32,262 bases of DNA from a virus (lineage: Duplodnaviria; Caudoviricetes): positions 1 to 32,262 of IMG/VR virus record IMGVR_UViG_3300018073_000018; one strand, 5' to 3'. Made by a program: the position numbers and the translations under genes. How positions within the stretch are numbered: position 1 is the stretch's first letter; every line of letters starts with the position of its first letter. The notes below the pieces were generated by a model that was not told where the DNA came from, did not search any database, and saw nothing but the letters and a program-made list of their open reading frames with translations. This document shows positions 25,379 to 32,262 of the stretch, in pieces.

Positions 25379-25492
25379 GATACCCGTATTGGCCTTGAAC
25401 CCGAATACAGGTGAGCCTTGACGCTAGCACTTAGCAATACACTCACAAAGCATTGGTTTCGTTCGCTTTCGTACCAAAGAGCGAACTAACGC

Positions 25493-27622
25493 ATGGGCAA
25501 TTCACTCCCTCCGTTTGAGCCTGACTTCGCCACCCCGGCGGACTGGGCCACGATGTATCGCGCCGCCGGCCTACAGGTCGTGCCCGGCTACATGCCGGGG
25601 GAGGGCAACGGCTCCTGGAAGCGACCGCTGTTATCGTCGTGGACGGCGCATCAGAACGACTTGATGGCGGACGACGCCTTCGCGCGGCTGTACGGCGAGG
25701 GTGGCAAGCATATTGCGCGGCAGAACATGGGCCTGATCACGGGGCGGTGTTCCGGCAATGCCTTCATCATTGACTTAGATGTCCATAAAAACCCTGCCGC
25801 TTTGGCGTGGTGGAACGCGATCTTGGAGGTGGAGAACAACGGGATCGAGTTCGATACGGTCGAGCAGCGCACCGGCGGCGGCGGTATTCAAAAGCTATTC
25901 CTGGCCCCGCCCGGCTTTGTGGTGCCGACGATTAAGACGGCGATCGGGGTGGATATTCGCGGCCAGGGCGGCTTTGCGGTGCTGCCGCCTTCCCTGCACG
26001 AGAGCCGGGCGCATTACGGCTGGCTTCCCGGGCGGGCCCCTTGGGAAATCGAGATCGAGGTCGCGCCGGCCTGGCTGTTGGAGGCCATCACCGACCTAGC
26101 CGAGGCGCATGGTGGGGGCCCAGCATATTCGGCCATTACGATGGGCACCAATGGCCCGGTAAATCCGGGAATTAGCGGGCCACACATCCCGTCCGGCGAA
26201 CAGATCCTGAACGAGTTCGGAATTGCGGTCGACGGGCGCGAGAGCCTGATGCGCGATGTCGTTTGGCACGCGGTGCTCGAGCTCTACCGCGAGAGCCCGA
26301 TCAAGCCGCCGCAAGCCGCCTGGCGCGAGGCGTGCGCGCGCGCCTACTTGCGTTACGAGCAGGCGGCCGAGACGCGCCTGACCGGCACGGCGCGCACTGA
26401 GGGGCTCGAGCGCGAGGGGCGCGGCACCACGCTATTCTTCCGCAAATTCGTGCGCCTGATGCGGGTGTGGGGGTCGCCGAAGATGGTGGCGGAGGCGGCC
26501 AAGCCGCCGCCGGTCAAGGAAAAGGCGTTCGGATCAGACTTTCACGAAGACTTTGCACCGATCAATCCAGCGACCGGCCAGGTCTTTCCGTCGTTATTGC
26601 TGACGGCGCAGGAGTTTGTCGCTGGCTTTACGCCACCGTCGTACCTGATCGATGGGATTGTGCAGTGCGGGTATTTGTATTCGCTGACGGCGCGCACGCA
26701 TCACGGCAAGACCGCGGTGACGATGTACATCGCGCAGTGTGTGGCGCGTTCCGAGCCAATGCACGGCTGCCGTGTGCGTGGCGGTACTGTGCTGTTGCTG
26801 GCGGGTGAAAATCCGGATGACATCCGCGCCCGGTTCTTGGTGCTGGCAGAGGCCTACGGCTTTGATGCAACGACACTGCGGATGCGGTTTATTGCCGGCG
26901 TGGTCGATCTGGTGGCGCGCATGCCCCAGATCCGCGCCGAGGCGGCGGATATTCCCGATCTGGTGCTGGTCATTGTCGATACCGCTGCGGCGTATTTCCC
27001 CGGCGACGAGACCAATTCCAACTCACAGCAAGGCGCCTATGCGCGGGTGTTGCGCGAATTGACGGTCCTGCCCGGCAAGCCGGCGGTGATCGTGAATTGT
27101 CATCCAATCAAAAACGCCGCGCGCGAGAACCTGCTGCCGATGGGCGGGTCGGCCTTCGTCAATGAGGTCGACGGCAATCTGACGCTTTGGGCCAACAACG
27201 AGCGGCAGGCGTCGCTGCATTGGGGGGCCAAGTTTCGCGGGCCGGAGTTCGATCCGCTGTCATTTGAACTCATTACCGCGACCAGTCCGGTGGTGAAGGA
27301 CGCCGAGGGGCGGCTAATGCCGTCAGTGGTCGCCCGGCCAATTTCAGACGCCACACTCGAGGCGGGGGAGCAGGTGCAAGAGAGCGATGAAGACAAGGTC
27401 ATGCGGCTCATCCACACCAATCCCAAGGCGTCGTTCGCGACACTGGCCGAGAAGGCCGGGTTTACCTTCAACGGTCGCCCGCAAAAGCCACGCATTCAAC
27501 GCATCGTGGAACGCCTGCGGGACGACCGGATGGTGGTCAAGCACCGCGGCGGCAAGTACCGGCTGACCAAGAAGGGCGCCAAGGAAATTGGCGTCGACAA
27601 GGAGGGGGACGACGATGAGTAA
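25493..27622 (+). CDS. Bifunctional primase-polymerase fused to an AAA_25/RecA-type helicase with a C-terminal winged helix
   Basis: NMGLITG...IIDLDVH...TGGGG...GVDIRGQGGFAVLPPSLH; Walker A ARTHHGKT; Walker B LVIVDT. Confidence 0.88.
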   Translation: MGNSLPPFEPDFATPADWATMYRAAGLQVVPGYMPGEGNGSWKRPLLSSWTAHQNDLMADDAFARLYGEGGKHIARQNMGLITGRCSGNAFIIDLDVHKNPAALAWWNAILEVENNGIEFDTVEQRTGGGGIQKLFLAPPGFVVPTIKTAIGVDIRGQGGFAVLPPSLHESRAHYGWLPGRAPWEIEIEVAPAWLLEAITDLAEAHGGGPAYSAITMGTNGPVNPGISGPHIPSGEQILNEFGIAVDGRESLMRDVVWHAVLELYRESPIKPPQAAWREACARAYLRYEQAAETRLTGTARTEGLEREGRGTTLFFRKFVRLMRVWGSPKMVAEAAKPPPVKEKAFGSDFHEDFAPINPATGQVFPSLLLTAQEFVAGFTPPSYLIDGIVQCGYLYSLTARTHHGKTAVTMYIAQCVARSEPMHGCRVRGGTVLLLAGENPDDIRARFLVLAEAYGFDATTLRMRFIAGVVDLVARMPQIRAEAADIPDLVLVIVDTAAAYFPGDETNSNSQQGAYARVLRELTVLPGKPAVIVNCHPIKNAARENLLPMGGSAFVNEVDGNLTLWANNERQASLHWGAKFRGPEFDPLSFELITATSPVVKDAEGRLMPSVVARPISDATLEAGEQVQESDEDKVMRLIHTNPKASFATLAEKAGFTFNGRPQKPRIQRIVERLRDDRMVVKHRGGKYRLTKKGAKEIGVDKEGDDDE

Positions 27623-28565
27623 CGTGCGCATGCCGCTCGCGATGCGGGCGGATGACGGTCGTATCGTCGGTATCGATACGGTGATACGCGGGCTTGGCTG
27701 TAATTGTATTTGTCCTGAATGTTCAGGGCCGTTAGTGGCAGTCAAGGGCGAAGTTTACCGGCATCATTTTCGTCATGCGGCCGATACGGTGACATGCATC
27801 GCGGCGCGCGAGACCGCACTGCACAAATTCGCCAAGCAGGTCATCTGCGAGGCGTGTGACGTAACGTTACCCGATGATCTTGGGTCTATGCAGAAGGCGC
27901 AGGCCGAGGTCTGGCTCGACGGCATCCGGCCCGATGTCCTGGCGAGCTATGACAGCGAGACGGTGGCGATCGAGATTTATGTGGCGCACCGGGTGCCGCG
28001 CGAGAAGCTGGAAAAGATCTATGACCGGGAGCAGACGACGGTTGAGATCGATTTGAGCTATTTTCGCGACGCTGAGTTGACGGAAGATCAATTGCGCAAG
28101 GCGGTATTGTGGTCCGCCGACCGGCGCTGGCTTTACGATCCATTGCATGTCCGCCGTCAACGCCAAGAAGCCTACGAGCGCGACGAGGCGGAAGGGCGAC
28201 GACTGCTTGCGGAAATGCGCCGGGAAATAGCGGAGTTCGAGGCGGCGCGGGATGCAGCCGCGCTTAAGCAGGCCGCCGCTTGGGAGGCGCAGCGCCTCAT
28301 TGAGGCGGAACGACGCGCCAAAATCGCCGAGGAGGCGGTTCGGCGGGAGCAGACACGGCAGTCCGCCAAAGAAGCAGAAGCCAGACTACAGGCACGAGAA
28401 GAGGCCGAGCGCCGCCAGCTCGCGGAAATTCGCCTTGGGCCAAATCTACAGAAATTGGTCGCTGCGCACGGCGGCTACGACAAGATCACGCCCGAGGCTT
28501 GGGACCGGTTCCAAGCCGACAAACGGCGCTGGCTGGACCGCCTGCGCCATGGCGAATTGGTCTGA
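27615..28565 (+). CDS. CoiA-like Zn-finger / PD-(D/E)XK nuclease with a coiled-coil tail
   Basis: CICPEC...KG....HHFRH...ETALHKFAK...EVWLDGIRPDV...AIEIYVAH. Confidence 0.75.
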   Translation: MSNVRMPLAMRADDGRIVGIDTVIRGLGCNCICPECSGPLVAVKGEVYRHHFRHAADTVTCIAARETALHKFAKQVICEACDVTLPDDLGSMQKAQAEVWLDGIRPDVLASYDSETVAIEIYVAHRVPREKLEKIYDREQTTVEIDLSYFRDAELTEDQLRKAVLWSADRRWLYDPLHVRRQRQEAYERDEAEGRRLLAEMRREIAEFEAARDAAALKQAAAWEAQRLIEAERRAKIAEEAVRREQTRQSAKEAEARLQAREEAERRQLAEIRLGPNLQKLVAAHGGYDKITPEAWDRFQADKRRWLDRLRHGELV

Positions 28566-28584
28566 AAAATGGGGGATTTAAGGA

Positions 28585-28830
28585 TGTATACAACTGATAC
28601 GCTCGCTCTGATACGACAGAGGGGGTCAAAATTGGAAAACGTATCAAAAAATACAATGCCGATACGACCCGATACGAACGCTTGTAACTTATTGAAAAAA
28701 CATAATAATCACCGTATCGGAATAGGATACGACGCCCCCGACCCTAGGAGGGGCATCGTATCCGTATCGCATCCGTGCGCAGCGTAGCGCAGCGTCCCCC
28801 GCGAAAAGATACAAAAACTCTAAAATCTTT
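28585..28830. other. Putative replication origin (iterons, AT-rich tract, IHF-like site, inverted repeat)
   Basis: GATACG at 28596, 28610, 28661, 28671 and 28726; CGTATC at 28640, 28713, 28757 and 28763. Lies downstream of the primase-helicase. Confidence 0.65.
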
Positions 28831-28884
28831 CCTCTTGGCAAAGTTTGGTAAGCTAGTGTAAGCTTTGTCATAGGAGGTGAAGAT

Positions 28885-29115
28885 ATGGTACAAAGGTATC
28901 CTGATAGTATCGGGCACACGATCAAGTCTGGCGCTAGGGAGCTTGGCATCAGTCACAGAACCATGCGGAAGGCTGTCGAGAAGGGGGATGTGAAAGTCGT
29001 CGACTTTGGCGGGATCAATAGGATCACGTTCGAGGAGCTGGAACGCGTTCGCAAACTGCTCAGGCTGAGAAAGCGAAGCTATGGCGAAGAACCAGACCAA
29101 CCAACAACGGCCTGA
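28885..29115 (+). CDS. Excisionase-like HTH protein
   Basis: SD AGGAGGT; TIKSGARELGISHRTMRKAVEKGDVKVVDFGGINRI. Confidence 0.7.
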   Translation: MVQRYPDSIGHTIKSGARELGISHRTMRKAVEKGDVKVVDFGGINRITFEELERVRKLLRLRKRSYGEEPDQPTTA

Positions 29116-29695
29116 TCGCTGGGACGCCCTGCACGGAACGCACATCACCGGGCGTTCCTACATCGATGGCGCCGAAGCATTGGCAATCGAGATGGAAAAA
29201 AAGTGGGGCACCGATCGCTTACGGCTTCTCGTCTCCCAGGAGCTGCGCGAGAAGTTCGATCGGCAAAGATATCTGTTCCGTCAGGCGATCGAGTCCGGCA
29301 CCCTCGAGACTGTCCGTCGCGAAGCCGAGCGCATGTGTACCGCCCTCTACGCGCTCGACGGCGCGGCGAAGGCGTCAGGCGCATCCCCGATCGATGCCGA
29401 GATCATGGAAATCGCCCTCGCATCTGGAACCGTACTGGCGATCGTCGGCGAGCCCGACGACGCACGGCGTGCCTTCGCACGCGCGGACGGCCGGCGCATG
29501 ATCGTCTACACGCTCGAGGAGGTCGCTACGATCCTCTCCGGTTACCCAAGCGTCAATGCCACTAAGCAGGTCTGGCCTGGCGCCACGGTCACCAAGGTCC
29601 GCCGCCACGTTCCCGACCCGCTCGATGTCATCGCGCACCCCACAGGGCTCGATGACGCACTCGATGACCTGTGGACAACGGAGCAAGACGCATGA
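29081..29695 (+). CDS. Hypothetical phage protein
   Basis: 204-aa ORF with EMEKKWGTDRLRLLVS and WPGATV, coupled to the next gene. Confidence 0.7.
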   Translation: MAKNQTNQQRPDRWDALHGTHITGRSYIDGAEALAIEMEKKWGTDRLRLLVSQELREKFDRQRYLFRQAIESGTLETVRREAERMCTALYALDGAAKASGASPIDAEIMEIALASGTVLAIVGEPDDARRAFARADGRRMIVYTLEEVATILSGYPSVNATKQVWPGATVTKVRRHVPDPLDVIAHPTGLDDALDDLWTTEQDA

Positions 29696-30054
29696 GAACT
29701 TTTATTGCCGCAACGTCACTCATTATGGCGCTGACTTCCGCAACGGCACAAAAGGCCGATCGCGTTATCGATGATCCAATCGTGCCAACCAAGGTGCGAA
29801 CCATCACGATTGGACCCGATGAGCCGATCATGCCGTTTAAGGGGCGCTGGGAGCCCGCAGGGCTGTTACTTGGTGCGAAGCCAGCCGAACAGCCTCCCGT
29901 CGCGCAAAACGCGCCCGCGGTCATCCCAAGGGCCTTGGTAAGCCTTCCACAGGCGAGAAGGCTTTCTGAGGACACTCGCCCCGCGCAGGTGTTGTGTATC
30001 AAGAACAAGATGCGAACCGTGTGGCATGGCCGTTCTTGGAACTGCCGCAAATGA
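29692..30054 (+). CDS. Putative secreted protein
   Basis: Signal-like MRTFIAATSLIMALTSATAQ, a C-terminal Cys pair, SD GGAG and ATGA overlaps. Confidence 0.55.
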   Translation: MRTFIAATSLIMALTSATAQKADRVIDDPIVPTKVRTITIGPDEPIMPFKGRWEPAGLLLGAKPAEQPPVAQNAPAVIPRALVSLPQARRLSEDTRPAQVLCIKNKMRTVWHGRSWNCRK

Positions 30055-30344
30055 GCGAGGATATTGACGCGATGCGGCGCTGGGAGGCGCTGTCGCAAGA
30101 GGCCAATAAGGTGTTTGCCGGTCAATCGATGGAGGACGTCGGCGGTGCCCTCGCCCTCCTCACAGCCATGCTAGTGGCAGGCGTTATGCAGGATGAGGAT
30201 CTGGAAGAGCACGACCCCAGGGCCGTGGCGATGGCGATCGTCGCTAACCATAGCACCATGGTGATGCGGTTAATCCCGTCGTTTCTCGAAGCGGTCGAGG
30301 CGGGTGGTGGCTGGGATCAATTTACCAAAAAGGGGAGGCACTAA
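30051..30344 (+). CDS. Hypothetical protein
   Basis: ATGA overlap at 30051. Confidence 0.6.
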   Translation: MSEDIDAMRRWEALSQEANKVFAGQSMEDVGGALALLTAMLVAGVMQDEDLEEHDPRAVAMAIVANHSTMVMRLIPSFLEAVEAGGGWDQFTKKGRH

Positions 30345-30748
30345 TGGACTGGAATGGACAAATCGAGGTCGGCAAAGACGGCAGAGCACCCGACATCGTG
30401 CCGAGCCGTCAGCATCGTGTGGCAGCAGGTTTGGCCGCGGTGCAGGAGGTCGAGGCCGAGCGCGATGCCTACAAGGAGCGGCTCGATAATCTACAGACCG
30501 AGCACCGCGGGCTCAAAGCCGAGCACGACGCCCTCTCGCTCGCCTACGAGCGGGCGCAGAACGATATTACGACCTGGCTACAAGACCGCGACGAGGCAGT
30601 AACCAAATTGGCGGCGTTTGAGGCGGTGTTTAACGCGGTTTTGGCGGTGATGCAAAAGCATCGTGCTGGTATCCAGGAGGATACCAGCACGACACCAAAG
30701 GCTCACCCGATCGAGGCGGCGCTGGGCAGAAAACCTACCAGCGGGTGA
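30344..30748 (+). CDS. Coiled-coil hypothetical protein
   Basis: SD GGAGG; heptad pattern. Confidence 0.65.
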   Translation: MDWNGQIEVGKDGRAPDIVPSRQHRVAAGLAAVQEVEAERDAYKERLDNLQTEHRGLKAEHDALSLAYERAQNDITTWLQDRDEAVTKLAAFEAVFNAVLAVMQKHRAGIQEDTSTTPKAHPIEAALGRKPTSG

Positions 30749-30950
30749 CTTCCAAATCGTAGATGTCCTTGCCGGTCCGCGCGAGAACCTTGCGGATGAG
30801 ACGCATATCCATCGGCACGTCTAGGATGACGTTGCCGGTGGCATCGATGCAGGCGTCGATGAACTCGCGCAGCTCGATCAGGTCGCGCACTTGCCTGCCT
30901 TCGATCAGCTGATTGCCGGGAAACAGGCTTTCCAGTTGGGTCATGGTCAT
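30735..30950 (-). CDS. Hypothetical protein
   Basis: GGAG SD before the ATG at 30950. Confidence 0.55.
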   Translation of the reverse strand: MTMTQLESLFPGNQLIEGRQVRDLIELREFIDACIDATGNVILDVPMDMRLIRKVLARTGKDIYDLEVTRW

Positions 30951-31114
30951 AGCTCCACAATCTTGATGCTGTCGCCTACGCCGAGCGCCCAAGAATGGCG
31001 CAGCAGTTTGATGAGGGCGTTTTCGATGTCATCGTAGGGGTCTTCGGGGATGTCCATGGTGTGGCGATGGACAATATCGCTGTAGGCGTTGAGCATCTGA
31101 ATTTGGATTTTCAT
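30947..31114 (-). CDS. 55-aa hypothetical protein (not in the ORF track)
   Basis: MKIQIQMLNAYSDIVHRH...WALGVGDSIKIVEL, with ATGA overlaps at both ends. Confidence 0.6.
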   Translation of the reverse strand: MKIQIQMLNAYSDIVHRHTMDIPEDPYDDIENALIKLLRHSWALGVGDSIKIVEL

Positions 31115-31398
31115 GCTGCCACCTTCTGGCCAGTGCGAGCCGCAACACGCAGGGTGCGCACCGCGGTGACGTTGGTGTGCGCGGCGATGAACTGGCGCGA
31201 GAGGTGCTCGCGGACCGCCTTCATATCGAGCGTCTCGCGCTCGCTCTCGCTGATCGAGAGGCGGAAGGTCTCGCCCTCATAGGCACCCGCCGGCAGGTCG
31301 ATCAGCGCCTGCTTGAGTGCCTTTTCCTGTGCCTCGAGGTCGGCAATGCGCGCCTTGAGGGTGCCGAGGTCGTCGATGATCTGGGAGAGGTTGGTCAT
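31111..31398 (-). CDS. Hypothetical early-type phage protein
   Basis: SD GGAG; IDDLGTLKARIADLE...YEGETFR. Confidence 0.7.
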   Translation of the reverse strand: MTNLSQIIDDLGTLKARIADLEAQEKALKQALIDLPAGAYEGETFRLSISESERETLDMKAVREHLSRQFIAAHTNVTAVRTLRVAARTGQKVAA

Positions 31399-31424
31399 GG
31401 TCGTGTGCTCCGTTGGGTTAAGGG

Positions 31425-31601
31425 TTAGAGGGTGCCGATGCGGGTGTCGCCTTCGTAGATTGCAACGAAGAAACCAAAGAGGTTTTCTTCCACGGTGTAG
31501 GTCCAGTCCGTGTCATCGGCGGCGTTGAGGTCTGCGAGATCCTGCGCTGCTGCGCGGGTCTGGAAGCAGGTGAGGCGGTTGGCGGAAATGGTGGTGTGCA
31601 T
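31425..31601 (-). CDS. 58-aa hypothetical protein (not in the ORF track)
   Basis: MHTTISANRLTCFQTRAAAQ...YEGDTRIGTL with SD GGAG; first gene after the leftward promoter. Confidence 0.6.
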   Translation of the reverse strand: MHTTISANRLTCFQTRAAAQDLADLNAADDTDWTYTVEENLFGFFVAIYEGDTRIGTL

Positions 31602-31627
31602 TTGCTTGCTCCGTTGTTGATGTCACG

Positions 31628-31656
31628 AATGTACTGCCAATTTGTCAGGGTGTCAA
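31628..31656 (-). promoter_or_regulatory. Near-consensus sigma70 promoter, leftward
   Basis: TTGACA-N17-TACATT on the minus strand. Confidence 0.75.
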
Positions 31657-31672
31657 CAGCAATCTTGCCAGA

Positions 31673-31701
31673 TTGACAATATTTTTCCTGTGACCCATAT
31701 T
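31673..31701 (+). promoter_or_regulatory. Sigma70 promoter, rightward
   Basis: TTGACA-N17-CATATT. Confidence 0.7.
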
Positions 31702-31707
31702 GCTTTG

Positions 31708-31965
31708 ATGGACCAAGACAATCGCGCCATGTCGCCGCGGGAGTTCGAGCGCACGCTCGAGGCGCTGGGGCTGTCCAAGGCTGGCGCCGGCCGCTGGCTC
31801 GGGATCTCCGAGCGTACCGTGCACCGCTACGTGGATGGGGACGCCGAAGTGCCGGTCTCGACCGTCTTCTTGCTGCGCGACATGCTGGAGCGGGGCATCG
31901 CCCCCAAGGTGCCCAAGCGCCCGCGACCCGTGGTAGCCGACCACCTAACCTCCCCTATAGCTTGA
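31708..31965 (+). CDS. XRE-family HTH regulator
   Basis: MSPREFERTLEALGLSKAGAGRWLGISERTVHRYVDGDAEVP. Confidence 0.8.
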   Translation: MDQDNRAMSPREFERTLEALGLSKAGAGRWLGISERTVHRYVDGDAEVPVSTVFLLRDMLERGIAPKVPKRPRPVVADHLTSPIA

Positions 31966-32023
31966 CTATTTCGCACTGACTGACGCATGGTTCCGCGCCG
32001 GGTCGCGGGTCGGACTGCAGTCA

Positions 32024-32215
32024 ATGTCACATTTGCGGGTGGTTCCGATCACGGATCACGAGAGCGTCCGCGCACGCGCTAACCTCTTATCCGACATGGC
32101 GCTGCTGGCTATCAAAATCGCCGACGAACTGCACGACATCGATCAGCGCTTGCGCAAGCTGCGCGCTGATATCGAGCGGCTGCAACAGGGCAAGGGGGCA
32201 TCGCTAAGTGTCTGA
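32024..32215 (+). CDS. Small coiled-coil hypothetical protein
   Basis: 63-aa ORF with a heptad pattern. Confidence 0.5.
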   Translation: MSHLRVVPITDHESVRARANLLSDMALLAIKIADELHDIDQRLRKLRADIERLQQGKGASLSV

Positions 32216-32262
32216 TGCCTCTGCCGAAGTTCTCACAAAAATTGCCAGCCTTGCGCGTGCTC
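32208..32262 (+). CDS. 5' end of a possible terminase-small-subunit-like gene (truncated)
   Basis: GTG after AAGGGGG, reading MSDASAEVLTKIASLARA. The I.SLAR segment recalls genes that open the packaging module in related phages. Only 18 codons are visible. Confidence 0.3.
   Translation, partial: MSDASAEVLTKIASLARA

Noticed and set aside
28569-28949. ORFs 28569-28787 (+) and 28689-28949 (-)
   Set aside because: They cross the AT-rich iteron region with atypical codon use, so the region is better explained as non-coding.
28885-29115. Excisionase-like gene as evidence of an integration module
   Set aside because: No integrase or att-like site was recognised in the window, and this HTH family often has other roles.
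20580-31615. Recurrent AACGGAGC upstream of several genes
   Set aside because: Adequately explained as a Shine-Dalgarno context rather than a separate regulatory motif.

Overview
A contiguous, GC-rich fragment of a tailed dsDNA phage or prophage with a short-tailed (podovirus-type) gene set. The host is very likely an alphaproteobacterium (Rhizobiales-like), judged from a GcrA homologue, the Cro-like family present, a VPGP-type CTERM protein and a CtrA-like box. 1-19.6 kb (+) is the virion module: two IPT/TIG Ig-like proteins, a lower-GC tailspike, scaffold, major capsid protein, tail tube/adaptor proteins, three Gly/Pro-rich low-complexity proteins around a GNAT-fold gene, three ejection-type proteins, a tail fibre with an S74 chaperone, and a small lipoprotein plus membrane protein. 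19.6-21.5 kb (-) is an accessory operon that includes a secreted CTERM-anchored protein. 21.6-30.7 kb (+) covers regulation and replication: Cro-like HTH, GcrA, VRR-NUC, PD-(D/E)XK nuclease, an SSB-like protein preceded by a structured 200-nt leader, Prim-Pol/AAA helicase, a CoiA-like nuclease, an iteron-rich putative origin and an excisionase-like HTH. 30.7-32.3 kb holds small leftward genes, a divergent promoter pair and a probably leaderless XRE repressor. No integrase, portal, large terminase, endolysin, tRNA or CRISPR was recognised. The top leads are a short helical motif shared by the scaffold and the putative internal proteins (possible capsid-targeting signal), the pseudoknot-like leader of the SSB-like gene, the phage-borne CTERM surface protein, and apparent wiring into the host CtrA/GcrA cell-cycle network. 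All product calls come from motif recognition by eye; no database searches were run.
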